A stretch of 64,000 nt of DNA from NCBI GenBank assembly GCA_021613535.1, contig CP075496.1, positions 10,850,001 through 10,914,000 on the forward strand, written 5' to 3'. Below are positions 40,064-53,605 of the stretch, piece after piece. Each line of letters begins with the position of its first letter. The stretch's first letter is position 1. Both the position numbers and the translations under genes were made by a program. Origin of the DNA: Adineta vaga. Lineage: Eukaryota; Animalia; Rotifera. Below the pieces are notes generated by a model. The model ran no database searches and was not told where the DNA came from. It saw only the letters and a program-made list of their open reading frames with translations.

Positions 40064-41193
40064 TCAAATCCGGTATTTATAAAGAAAAGATGACTTTCAG
40101 TTAAGAAAAAAAATCAATCATATAAAATGCGTTTGTTTTATTTTATTTTGTTCTTTTGCATTCAATACTGAACTGATTGTATCTCAAAACAAATTTTTTA
40201 TTTATAATAGGATCGATTTCAAAATAGTTGAACAAAAATCGTGAAGTTCATTTATTTATTTATTGCTCAGAAAATCTTAATAAAAAAGTTCGTTGCGAAT
40301 ATATCCAGTCAACTATACTTCAAAATACGTAGTTGAATTACAAATAATATCTGATTACTGTCTTATATTATCGTGAATAATGAGAAATATTCATTTGTTA
40401 TCGAATGTTAAGTTATGAAACAATATGATTATTTGTGACCTTTTCAGTTCTGATGAAATAATCATGTTTATATGTATACAAGACAAAGACTCTAGATTGT
40501 CTAATTGACATGATCTATTACATTCGAATAAACATCGAATAAATCTTAGAAATGAAATCTTTACTATTATTTGTAATTAAGAAATAAGAAGATCAAGATA
40601 TTATTATGTCCTTCTAAATATATCTGATCTTTCTAGATTAATATTATTGATGTCTCTAGACAAAGAAGTTTACCTTCATGCCAACTGAGATAGAAAATAT
40701 ACTATAAATCATTTGCTAGACAAATATTTCTGGATTTTTCAAAGACACAAGGATATTTGTCTACATTTATCTAACGGTCGAAGACAAATATGTCGATTGT
40801 CATATTCAAGGATTCGAATGGAGAAAATATTGATGCTTATTTAGAATTTTAATTAATCTATTATTCTTTGACGTGAATGATTAATTTGATATTATCGAAA
40901 CATTTGTCTGTCTCTTATAGATCATATTCATGATTATTCAACTATAACTCGATAAGACTTGATTTGTATCGTTGTTGATAAAAAAAAGGAAATGAATATG
41001 AAATAAATTTATATATGTAATGGTAAGATTACTGACATGGGCAACAAATCAGACGACAACAATAACGACAACACACCAAGCACACACAGATACACGACAT
41101 TATACAAAAAAAATTGTATTTCGTTTGTTCGTTTTTTCTTTTTGTCTTTAGGTTTCTTACTATGGAATGATCTCTAACATGTTTCTATAAAGG

Positions 41194-44100
41194 TTAACAT
41201 TTTTGTTTTAATTCAAAGTTTCTAAAACGTGCCATACGTTGTTCCATTCGTGGTCTCCATTCAATAGCAACTGATGTACGATCTAGACTTAAAGATGTTT
41301 GCATTTGATCATAGAAGCCCATTAACAAATATTGTCGATCAAGTTTTAAACGTGGACATGAACATTGAACATCTTTTCGTGATACCCATATCCATTGTTC
41401 ACTATCTTGTATACGATTAAGACGATCTTTATAAACACGAATAATTGTTAATAGATATGACACCCATTGACCAGCATCATGTCGATTAGTAACACGTGCA
41501 TGAATTGCTAAAAAAAGATAGAATGAATCATCATTAGAAAACGGATACAGGCAGAACATTGGTTTTACATACTGTAATCTCGTTTACAATATTTTTTCAC
41601 ATGTAAACGACGACTATAATAACGACAGGCACCACAGTATTGTCCCATGTCTATTGATGGATTATATTCTGTAAAACTTGGACGAATTGTTGTTGATGTT
41701 GTAGTAGTAGTAGTAGTAGTAGTGATTGCAGTCGTTGACGACGAAGGTGGATGATTATAATTGTTATCATCAGTATCTTGTTCATGATATTCATCTGTTT
41801 CCGGATATCGACGATAGATATCATACAATGGATATGGATGATGATCGATTGTTTCTACAAATAAATAATTTCGATTTTATAATAGAGAGAAGTTTTATTC
41901 TATGTAGTTATACGTACTGACGCATGGAGCAAGCGGTGATTTGGTTTGTTGGTAACCTTTCATACATCGATCACATCTTAAACCAATTACACCATCTTTA
42001 CATGGACATTGTCCTGTTGTTTGATTGCACACTTTACTACGTGATCCTACTGGATGGCAATTGCAATCTGAGATAGAGAAAAAGAGAAAAATGTTATGAT
42101 TCGATCATCTGCTCTTCAAGACAGAACTAATTACAAAATAGTTCATTGCAAAGTCTGTATTCATAGATGATGCAGACAATCAATTATTATCAATTTGTCT
42201 TGTTTTAACATAGACATAATAATACATAGAATAATAGAAGGATAGTTTATCTATTTTACTGATGACTACAAATTTAATTAAGGAAAATGACTATCGATTT
42301 CCCAACAATTATCTTTTCTTTTCCCCATATCACAATTAGTAGAGGTCACTGAGGAAAAAAACGACGTTTTCATTCAACCTTGACAGTCTGATCGGTGTTT
42401 CCTTTTTCTATCATTCTGAAAAGGCCAGTATTGGTTTCCTTTCTATTTCCGCTCATCGACATACATACGAACACCATATACAATCTGTACACATCTCATA
42501 CTTCTCAGTAGAAATCTAAACAATAGACAAAAATTTCTGAAGAATCTATCATTCTATACTTAATACATATAAGTAACATACATATTGACATAGACTATAA
42601 ACATAACTACTAATAAATATATGTATGTTTACAAGGTTGTTCATATAAAAAAGTACGAAACAAAGACATTCGATCACGTATTCTGAGGAAACATCGATTG
42701 TTATTAATTCTTACCTTTACAAATTTCTGGATGTGTGATAGGTAAATTTGGATCACGGTAAAATGTTTCTTTGCAATAACTACAATGACGACCAACGGTA
42801 TTATGTTTACATTGAATACAAATTCCACCCGATTTACGACCCGATAGAAGATATAGTTCTTTATTGAAACGACATTGTCTCGAATGATTATTACAATTAC
42901 ATTCTATAAATATACAAAATAATCAACATCAATTAGTAAAAGATAGATACATTCTGTAAAGTTCATCAATATACAATTAATTCTTTTTAAGATGTTTATT
43001 ATCTTTTCAAACTATCTCACTTATATAGTACCTTGACTGATAATTCTCTGTGCTATCCTTAGTGTCAGATCATGTAGGAAGTTTTTTTTGACAACGTCTA
43101 TGACAGGATCGATCAACTGTACTACAATGACAGTTAACAGAAACGTTGTCGAAATCGTTTCTACCTATCCTCGATAATTCCACATGAAAATGACATTCTA
43201 TTGAATAATTATCACAATTACATAACAGAGATAACCTTTGATATATATGAGCAAATGTATTCATAGATGATTTTCTTTTCTTTCAAATGATATCTTGATG
43301 TTTCTATTCCGTATGAAAAGGTGAACAAAGATAAGATCTTACCAATACATTCATTGGCATCTCGAGATGTTGCACGAGCCCAAGGTCGATCATAGTAAAA
43401 ATCTTTACAACGTTCACATTCATCACCAGCTGTATTATGTTTGCAATCACATACTAAGCGATCATCACTAAAATAGGAAGAGAAAAAATAATCATTTTCA
43501 AATCATTCTTTTATTAAAGATGATCGATGTTGTCATCGATACATATGATCAATGCCTTGGAGCATTTGCATTTTTAAATATATTTATATACGTCAAAGAA
43601 TGGAATTAAAACATATATGAAAACAAGTTTCAAGTGGTATATGTGAACGAGAAATATGATCAGTGTGAACATGCCGGTGATTTTTCAAGTGTATTGCAAT
43701 ATGATGACTGATCATTAGAAAGAACGAAAAGAAAGTATCATCATTCAACTTTTTTTTTGTATTTCAATATTAGTTTGTCAACTTCCGTTGTATTGTTTTT
43801 CCCTAGTGTACAATAGAATCATTAACAAAAGAAACAATTGATCTTGATTGATCATTTATGAACAAAGAAAAGTGAGGAAACAATGTGTAAATGACTATCA
43901 TCTTGATTAATCATCCAACTTGCAAACACACCTTTTTCTATTCTATTTCTCATTGAATATTCAATTGACACTTGTCTAATGTTACATCATCATTCAAAGA
44001 ACATTAAGATTCTTCATATCTATCTCTACGTATATATATATATATCTTCAATTGACAGCTGCCATTGCAAGGTCAGTATGGCAATATCAGTATATCGTAC

Positions 44101-45508
44101 GGGTTGGATATGGTTATTTGCTCTAGTAACTTAAACAAATAAGACCAAAGCCTATCTTTAGTCTTTACATATATGGATAAAGGTGACATTTGTCTATGTA
44201 TACTTATATTGATGAACATATCTCATTTGATTGAGTAAACGTTGCACAAAAGAGATGAACAACTTGATACAATCATATCATTCTTTATCACCTTTTGTTT
44301 CACACATTCGATACATATATATATATATATTGGAGCGATTTACTATATAGAACTTCTCTATCTATCATTATTAAACATCAGATCATAAAAATGCAATACT
44401 CCGATTTCCTAGACATGTTTAATTGAATAGATGTACTTCGATGTCTCTGATTCTTCTCACACATATTTATCACAGTGAATTTCTATAATCATAATCAATC
44501 GGTTTACTAGTACTGAACGAGAAAGAAAAGAGGAAATTTGATCTATTCTAATCAGAGAATTTTCGTTACCTTCTTTTCTTATCAAGAGAGAAAAAAATCA
44601 ATTCTACAAGGTGATTTCTTCTTCATACCTATTTGTGATACATTTTGATGCATGTCCATTGCATTTACATCGTCCTCCAACAGCTAGATCAGCAGCTGAG
44701 AAGAAATTTCTATTGACACTTGTTGAAAAGAAAACAATTTTAATATCAGTTGCCGTAACCCAATCTTGTAAAACTGGACTTGAATCGAATTCATAAGCTG
44801 ATGGACGACCTTCAAGTGTGCTAAATGCAGTACGTGATTCACTAATGGATGATGATAATTGTGATTTCGTATCGATACATAACGCTTCTTGTTCATTTGC
44901 ACGTGTAATTATTCCGAAGGAGCTTTTATTAAATATTTCTTCACAATTATTTGAGTAATATTGTAATGGTATCCATGACAGTCCCTGTTAAAGGAAAAAA
45001 ACCAAAACTAAGTTATTGAAAGAAAAGATATACATTCAATTGATCTTACCATATCCATACTTTTAAAAATAGCCATTGAATCTGGTTTACTACTTGAACA
45101 AAATTGTACACTAATATAAGTAATTTCAAATTTTTTATTTAATGATAATATTAATGAAACATTTTCTCCCGTTTGAATACGATCCGATTGCCAACATGTT
45201 AAATTATTTGGATTATTAATATCGGTTAAATGATCTGTTGGATAACTTGTTCTTGTTTGTGAGATATCACATAGATGACATTGATTCGTGTTTGAACAAA
45301 ATTCTTTTGCAGGATTGCCACATGTTGATGATGCATAGATTGATTTATGAAAAGCTGCATTGACAAAATCGGGTATACATCGCTGATAACGCTGATGACG
45401 ATCTATACATGGATCATCATGATTTGAATAAAACATTCGATACCAACGACTTGCTGTACATAATGACAAAAAACAGATGAATAGAGAGAGAGAATTGATT
45501 AAGAACAT
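41194..45508 (-). CDS. NTN1: Netrin (LamNT, three laminin-EGF repeats, NTR)
   Basis: [64 protein letters not shown]. Further exons 43467-43343, 42903-42715, 42067-41918; NTR with KKYCKRDY and [16 protein letters not shown]. Confidence 0.95.
41701..41723. repeat. (ACT)n coding microsatellite, poly-Thr in netrin linker
   Basis: gtagtagtagtagtagtagtagt on + strand. Confidence 0.8.
43032..43222 (-). pseudogene. Decayed duplicate of the netrin laminin-EGF2 exon inside an intron
   Basis: [16 protein letters not shown]...[12 protein letters not shown]...CQK[fs][17 protein letters not shown] g|gt is colinear with the real exon [16 protein letters not shown]...[12 protein letters not shown]...[20 protein letters not shown] g|gt. 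Confidence 0.7.
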
Positions 45509-47848
45509 CGTCGTTTTCGAGAGACTCTTTTTTTTCACATTCTAAAATGAAAACGGAAATGAATACATGTATGTTACGTTGTTCTTTTCTGACATCAATT
45601 TAGAATGTTATATGAAATATGAACAAATGTGCGCCTGCTTCGATGTATGTGAGTAGATGGATGAGTATCATTATTTATACAATAGAAGAAATTGAAAAAA
45701 AAAAGACGAGAAAGAAAGTAAAATAAAAAAAATGACTTCTGATATATTGACATTCAACTTACTTCATATTTTAGTGAGAAAAAAGGCTCTTGCTATTATT
45801 CTATGAACGAGAACTCTAGTGATTTAATTTACTTTGATTTTTGACAGAAGAAGCAATACACATATAACAACAAAAAAAGGAATGATTTCTCTTCTCTGCT
45901 ATAATCCCTTCTTGACTTCTCTCTCCTCTCCTCTCCTCTCATATTGAGATGTGTTCATTTGCACAGAGAGATCCTTCTCAATATATATATATATATATGT
46001 ATGTATGGCATGTTCTCTTTCCGGAGAAAGAGAAAAAGAGAAGATGGAACGATGACGATAGAACTGTGAAAGAAGACATATATATGACGATTATTATGGA
46101 ATAAGAATAGAAGAACGGTGGCAAAATTTTTTAATTAGTCGTACATACAATAAGCTTTTTATTGATGTCTGACGAAGAAAACGAAGTAATTCTCATTGAA
46201 AATATATGAGCAAAAACAAATAAGTCTCTTTCTTGATCTCAAATAACTCTATCGAACTGATCATATTCCCAATTCAACAATTCTTTTGTCAAGAAAGAAG
46301 ATATTAAAAGAATAACTACGAAATAATGCAAGAATTTATTGAACTCCTAGAACGACAAGAAAGAAACTTATGTTTATTTTCTCAAAAATAATTCTTCTAA
46401 TAGATTACATAAGAAATCAATGTTTCAAATGTTTGTTAACTCATTGAAATCATTCTCAAACATATATGAGATTTTCTAATAAAAGTTCGCTTAAGTCTGT
46501 TCTATTTTCGATTATACTCTTCAAAGTTGAAAAGTATGAGAGAAAAATGGTTCTACATACTTAGTAAAGTGAATAAGTGTCATTTTAGTACGCTCTTATT
46601 TCATTCTTGCCATTGAAGAATACTTATACATGTATTTCTTCTCAGATATTTCATTGTCATTATCATTAACACTCGCATTTTCTTTTCTTTGTTGAACTAT
46701 TACGTATTCTTATCATGTTTTTCTGCTATTTAGGTCTTATGGTCTATCCGTATGATCACGATTAGTTAAATGTGGATACTATCGTCGCACATTATATTGT
46801 CTATCATGACAGTGATCGTAAATATGAGAAAGATGAAAAAGAATAATATCGATGATGATGATGGGTGATAGATTTGAGAAAGACAAAGAAGAAAGAATAT
46901 GAGATCATATATGTCATTGCATTAAATAAATTCAATAGAAAAAGATCTTAGGTCTTCAAGACGTTACATAAATTCGTGAGAATATTTTGAAAGAAGAGTT
47001 TTGAAATGGCTTTTTCTAGTTTGATATATAAGTATTAATAATAAATGAATTATCTACACAATTGAGACTTACAAAAAATGAAGCCAATCGGTCGTTAAAG
47101 ATTTGAATTCTGATCTTTTTTTGTTCGTTGTTGATGATGATGATGATGATCTTTCTATTCGATTAACCTCTGGTGAAAAAATCAATTCAAATGCGACATT
47201 GACAATTTTGAGACTTTCTTTTTCTTCTTTTCAAGGTAGTCTTCTTTGTTATTATTAGATCGGTGTTCAATAGAGGACATGCTTGAGGACAAACTTACAC
47301 TTTAGCTTAGAAATAATCTACCAAAATTCTAAAGTACTTTTAATTTCAAATCAAAGCGAAAAAGAAATTCATAGATTCATTTCGAAAAATCCATCTGGTT
47401 AATCAAAAGAAAGTATTTTATCAATGATCAACAACAAGTAATGACTGTTATGATTATTATAGTATATAAGGTTTTGCTAATAATGATGATCAGTCATTCT
47501 TTTTTTTGTCTGTATTTAAGTTATGTCATGTTGTTTTGTAACTGATGATTTCGTTATTCGAAAGTTAGAAGTTATACCTTTCACGAAAGATGTCGTTTAA
47601 TTTCACCAATGCTTATTATTTTACTTTGAATAATGCAAAATTGTCTCACTTCAGAAAAGAACATATCTTTGAAATTGGATCAATCAATGTTGTTTCGTCT
47701 TTATTTCATAGGAAAAAACGAGTTGAAAAGAAAAAGACATAACATCACACGGAGTGACAGAGAGCTAGAGAAATGAAAAATGTTGCTCGGGAATTTTACT
47801 GCATGATCTACTATAGGGAAGAAGATTTTAAGTAAAAAAGAACTAAAT

Positions 47849-48253
47849 CTATTTAAGTCCATGTGTTTTCTTATATTCTTCAACACGTTTTTCATCAACG
47901 GGGTAACGCATTTCTTCGATCCAGTGACCAAATTTATGATCCAATTGATGATGAACAATTGTGTATGGTGTATAAGATAAGTCTACACCACGTAATGGTA
48001 AATAAACTGATGCTCCGAAAGCGACAAGCATAATACGTGAAAACCATCGGAATACTTGTGAATTTGAATACCAAAAACGCCATGGTGTACGATAAACCAT
48101 ACTAGAAAATGATGAAGATATTTTGTTTTTCAGTATTATAAGAATCAATTTTATTTACCCAAGGTAATGATAGGGTAAAATATTTTGTCGTCCTTGTGAT
48201 CCATAGATGATCTTCATTGTTTGAATAGCTGCAAGAGCTTTTTTAGTGCTCAT
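47849..48253 (-). CDS. Small single-TM protein resembling the insect roh (CG30415)-type mitochondrial protein
   Basis: Exons 48253-48159 and 48101-47849: MSTKKALAAIQTMKIIYGSQGRQNILPYHYLGMVYRTPWRFWYSNSQVFRWFSRIMLVAFGASVYL... The gene model is clean; the family call is from memory of a GR...PY...P.+F...N...RW pattern and is tentative. Confidence 0.55.
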
Positions 48254-48428
48254 TTTGGATAAATCTGAAAAACGAAATCCGGAGTTTGTAATCGAAAAAA
48301 AACTAGTTTCAATAAGAAGTTTTTGGGTAAACTAAACATTAAGGTTTTTTTAATCAAGGAACATAGGACAATATCAAGAAAAGAAAAAGAACTGGACAGG
48401 AAAGGAAAGATATTTGAATCTATTGTCT

Positions 48429-49009
48429 TTATTCATGAATGCCAGGAAAAACATTACGTTCCATTTCATCGTCCCATTTACTGATCCATTCAGCTGGACA
48501 TAAATCTTTATAAAGATGTTTGAAATATCCACAAACTTTATCGTCATTTTTTATTTCCATACAACGATGATAATCAACATAATTGATCCAGCATCGTCTA
48601 AATAGATCGAAAAGAAAACCGAATTCCGTACAATGAAAAAAAACAATAATGAGAAAATTTACTTTGTTTGATTGACATTTGGAAAACGAGGATCAAGTGG
48701 TGCCGAACTCATACGTTCTTTCCAATATTCTTTCAAACATTGAGAAATGCCAGAAGGAAAAATTGAAGCCCATTTATCATAAACGGACATATTTTTTTTA
48801 GCCTCAAAATATAAGATTTGAATAGTTCTAACAACAAAATTCTATTGAATTACCATTTCAAAGCGTTCGTCATAGCTTAAACCTTGTTCTCGTGCTTCTT
48901 TATCGAGTTTGATATGAATATCTTTACAAATATGAGGATCATAATGTTCCAATTTCGGATTATTTGTTAAATCAGATAAAGCTGTGAGAATAGCTGATGC
49001 TGAACTCAT
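48429..49009 (-). CDS. COX6B: Cytochrome c oxidase subunit 6B with N-terminal extension (missed by ORF track)
   Basis: Three exons; SAPLDPRFPNVNQTKRCWINYVDYHRCMEIKNDDKVCGYFKHLYKDLCPAEWISKWDDEMERNVFPG. Confidence 0.93.
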
Positions 49010-49317
49010 GATGACAAGAATATAAATCTAAGATAGACGCAAAAAAAAATTAATTAAATAACAAGAAAAATTAAATAAGCAACATCTGTCTGATCATAGT
49101 TTATTTTCCTTCCATCCAAACCGACAAGTACCATTCGAAAATCATCAAAACCTCGGACATGTTTTTATGTCTTACAATTTTCACAGATGTCGCTTGTCTG
49201 TAACAAAAAAAGGTGGCGTTAATATGCAGACAACAACATATCATTTATATTATTTAAACATCATATTCAACATTTTCAAATCTCATACAATATAACATAG
49301 AAATTCTAACTTATATT

Positions 49318-49968
49318 TTATAGATGTTTTCCTAAAAGAGTACAACGATCATGTTCGCCCATGTCATTTAATCGTCCATTTCCATATGAAGAATATAAAA
49401 TTTCATTGATAACTTTATATTGTCGACGTTCAAATGCTTTTCGTGAATATAAACTACTACAAACAACGAATGCACCTTTAAGACCCAATTGTCGAGCTTT
49501 ATCTTCTGATACTTCAATTAATCGACCGCTTAAATTTTGACGACGTTGTTGTTCATCAACATTGACGATATCAAAATAAAACAAGCGATCAGTTTTATAT
49601 AATTCGAATAGATCATAACCATCGAAAACTTGATTAATTATTGAAAAAAGAAAATTTAATTTTTCAGATTTAACAATAAGGTCTTCTTCTTTACGCATAC
49701 GATCCGATATACCATTCAATACAACACCAATGATAGACGGATATAGATTTGTTGCATCGATGGCAACAAACGAACATTGATCACGAAGAGATTTATCGAC
49801 GACATGATCAATCCATGCTAATGGCTCATGTGGAATATCAAATCGAAGTTGAGCATTCAAAGGTTCTTGTATAAAAAAGGAACTCATCAATAAATTAATA
49901 ACTTCTTGTCGATGCTCAGATAGAAGAGGAATTATTGTAATATTCGATGAAGTTGATAATGAAGCCAT
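49318..49968 (-). CDS. GNAT acetyltransferase, insect-type arylalkylamine N-acetyltransferase-like
   Basis: Intronless; SFFIQEPLN, SFVAID, IIGVVLN, IVNVDEQQRRQNLSGRLI, CSSLYSRKAFER. Likely start is ATG 49968. Confidence 0.8.
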   Translation of the reverse strand: MASLSTSSNITIIPLLSEHRQEVINLLMSSFFIQEPLNAQLRFDIPHEPLAWIDHVVDKSLRDQCSFVAIDATNLYPSIIGVVLNGISDRMRKEEDLIVKSEKLNFLFSIINQVFDGYDLFELYKTDRLFYFDIVNVDEQQRRQNLSGRLIEVSEDKARQLGLKGAFVVCSSLYSRKAFERRQYKVINEILYSSYGNGRLNDMGEHDRCTLLGKHL

Positions 49969-50292
49969 ATAAAATAAGAAGAAAACAATACCGTTGTTAA
50001 TTTTAAATATAATCATATGCAAATCAATGAATAATAAAATCGAGATCTTGCTTTTATTTCTACTTGAATTCTTTTGATCGTATATGAAATGTTTCTTCGG
50101 CAATTGTTGGAACAGTCTCAGATGAGTTAGAAATATGCCGAGACAAAAAAAATCCGAGAAAACAAATTATTTTTATTCTATTCTTCTTGCCCTTTGTCTA
50201 TGTTGCTTTTTCTGTTTATATTCATTGTCATAAGATAATTTATCAGTAATTGAAAAAGAAATTACTTTTGTCATACAAGATTTGTTCTGACA

Positions 50293-50466
50293 TTATCGGA
50301 ATAATAAATAATCATATTGTGATTTGAAATATTTTCGAAGAATTCGTCCACAAAATAACAGACATGGACAGATGATCATAATCAAGATGAAGAATACAAG
50401 AATTGTTATAGAATATTTATCAATTTCAATAGAATAGTTTTGATTAGAAAGTGGTTTACTTGTCAT
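50293..50466 (-). CDS. Possible single-TM micropeptide
   Basis: MTSKPLSNQNYSIEIDKYSITILVFFILIMIICPCLLFCGRILRKYFKSQYDYLLFR: hydrophobic helix followed by Cys and basic residues. Confidence 0.35.
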   Translation of the reverse strand: MTSKPLSNQNYSIEIDKYSITILVFFILIMIICPCLLFCGRILRKYFKSQYDYLLFR

Positions 50467-51385
50467 TGGAAATTCAAAATGAAAAGAGCGCACATATAGA
50501 TTAGATTCAATAATTCTCTTTTTCGACATTATTTTTCTAGTGATATTTGATAGGCATATTAAAAAAAAAGACAATGAGTTTTACTTATCAAATATTAATC
50601 ATTTCTAGAACATTATTATAACTCGTACTTGAAAATATTCTCACACAAGTCAGTATTATTGTAAGATAACCATGAGTCATATCAATTTTTCTCGTGAGAA
50701 TGATTGTATGTATTTGATTTTGATAAGGGAAGTCATTTATAAAATCATATTTCAACATTTGCTTTACCTGTGAATTGTCTACATATACAAAACATTTTTA
50801 TTCTTGCCATTATTGTATATTTACATTGTAAGAAAACACCAAGTTTTAACGAATGATTGAAGTAATGAAAATCTAGCTTTTTACAAATGATCCAATAAGT
50901 TAACACGAAATAAATCATCAAGTTAGTTTTTAATATCAGAACATTCAAAGATTGAATTTGTCGTGATATGTCTACAGTAGTCATACAGGTAAAACTCATG
51001 TACAAACTCGTATTCATTAGTTTTTTTTTCGAGGAAACTATTAAAATAAATCTGATATGACCTCTTTTTAATAGAAAATATCGCTAATCTCAATGTAATC
51101 TATGTTGAACGTGCACACTCGACGAGTATAGAAGATCTTGTTTTTGAGAGAATGAAAAAGAGAGAGAGACGGGCGACGTTTTTAGAGTGTATGTAAAAAG
51201 AAAGGATCAAAATTTCAGCCAATGCAATGCCAACAAACATTTGTTGATGGTAACCTAAAGCAAGAAAAAGAAGAAGAAAAGAAGACGCGGAAAGGAGAAA
51301 AAAGGCCACATCAAGTAAAGCAAACGAGTATATGACTAAAATGCTCTTTTGTCTGTATGCTTGTTATTTTCTTATCTAGATAAAA

Positions 51386-53605
51386 ATGGTGATGTTAACT
51401 GTTTTTTTTCTGATCTTATTTTCCACATCAGTCATCGGTGATAGTGATGATTCTATTAATTTATTAGTTCGTTTATCTACGGATTCAACTGTTCGACGAT
51501 ATTGTGCCGATCTTGCAAAATTACCCAATGGTCGCACTATCAATGTAACTGGTTTCGGTTGGCATAATCCTTACATTGCATCAGCAGCAGTAAATGCCTG
51601 CAATGTAACTGATATTGACAATTCTTTACCAGCTACTCTATCATCAGATACTATTCTGATCTTATATGAACATCAATGTAAGATGACGGAACATGCTTGG
51701 CATATCGAAACTAAATATAAACATAATATATCATTAATGATTATAACCAATCGTACAAATACTCATTATGAATTATCTTATAATTCAACAGCAATGCCTG
51801 TTTCAATACCTGTTCTTATAATGGAACAAAATAATTTTAATAAAGTGAATAAGACATATAAAGATCTCAATAATATTCAATTATCAATAAATTATCCGCC
51901 AGAAATACCAAATAAATTTCGTCCTGCTATATTACTAATGTTTTTACTTGTTTTCCTCATTTTAATCGCTGGAAACTATTGGGCAGCTGATGAATTTAAA
52001 CGTAAAGTTGCAAATCGTGTTCTCAGTTCTCGAAGTGAATCAGATAGTACGAATACGCCACAAAGTTATTCTGAATATCAAGAATTCGTAGCAAACAGAC
52101 ATGATGAAATAATTGCACAAAACAGTGCATCTTCAGCAGATAAAATACCACGAAATAATGAACCCGCAATTATTTATATGCCTTATTGTATAATTGCAAT
52201 GATTTTATGTTTTGCTGTTGGTTGGCTTTTACTTATTTATTATTTTCCTAAAGTGATGATCTATGTTCTTCAAGGTAATTTATTTAAAGTTTCTATTAAA
52301 AAGATTTGTTTATCGAATGTTATTCTATTGATATGATAAAGATGAAAGAAAACAAGATAAAGATATCTCACCTTAAATAGCATGATAATACTTGAGAACA
52401 TAGATAATTTCCTTGAAAAACTCTTCGTGTGTGTAATTCCATTTGTTAGATCATTCAAAATATTGTAATTTTTCAATGAATGTTATTGAACAAATTTTCG
52501 TTCTCTCTTTTTAGCAATGTTTTGCATTGGTGCATTTTCTTCGTTAACTTCATGTCTCGATCGTTTAAGTTATCTTGCACCAATTCTTCGTCGTTATCGT
52601 ATACCATCCCATACCTGTCATAAACCATGTACCTGTCAATTAGGTCCATTAAATATCTTTACTTTATTTGCAATGATTATTACATTAACTATTATCATTA
52701 TTTGGTATATTTATCGTCAAGCTGCATGGGCATGGATTTTGCAAGATATTCTTGGTGCAGCTATTTGTATAACAGTTACATCTGTCTATCGACTTGGTAA
52801 TATGCGTGTGATTACATTGATATTAATTGGCTTCTTTCTTTACGATATATTCTTTGTATTTATTACACCATACATTCCATTTTTTCAACCTTCAAATCCA
52901 TCAACAATATCAACAACAACAACGACAACAACCATGAGACCAAGCAGTTTGTTATCAGATACACAAATAATAAGAGGAAGTCGAAAAATATCACGAAATC
53001 CATCTGTAATGGAACAAGTTGCTTTAGGTATTGGTACAGATGGAGAAGTTGTTCCACTTCTATTTGCATTACCAATGTTTATACCTGAATCTGAACTTGA
53101 TCCATGTTTAGTCGTTAGAAAATCGATGCTCGGCTTTGGTGATGTAATTTTACCAGTAAGATTATCTTTAAATTATATATATATATATAAATACTTTTCT
53201 TTTCTCTCTTAGGGTATTTTATTAACATTTTGTAAAATATTTGATATTGCTAGTGAAAATCGCTGGTCAATTTACTATATTCAATCAATTATTTCATATT
53301 TTATCGGCTTATCTTTAACTCATGTTGCACTTTATTTAATGAACACAGCTCAACCAGCACTACTTTATCTAGTACCTTGCATTCTTTTATCAACGATTTT
53401 AACTGGTTTATGTCGTGGTGAATTGAAAGAACTCTATACTGGACGACGAATTCAAGCATTACTTAATGATAAACTAAAGAATATTGAAACATCTCCCTTA
53501 GCTGCTTCAGAAAATTCAATTGCTGAACAAACGAATCAATCAACTGATGTTGTTGTCGGAATTAGTGATGCAGTGGGTGCAGTTACTGGAGTAGAAAATC
53601 GATGA
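51386..53605 (+). CDS. SPPL2: Signal peptide peptidase-like 2 (GxGD intramembrane aspartyl protease)
   Basis: Signal peptide, luminal PA-like region, WAWILQDILG, FLYDIFFVFITP, MLGFGDVILPG, AQPALLYLVP; three exons. Confidence 0.92.

Noticed and set aside
42379-42515. Possible second decayed laminin-EGF exon in the netrin EGF2-EGF3 intron (acceptor-like TTTAG, ...QYWPF...DCQ g|gt)
   Set aside because: Too few Cys and several stops; similarity cannot be told from chance by eye.
49318-49968. Intronless GNAT as a horizontally acquired gene
   Set aside because: Motifs match the animal insect-type aaNAT family and composition matches neighbours; lack of introns alone is insufficient without a phylogeny.
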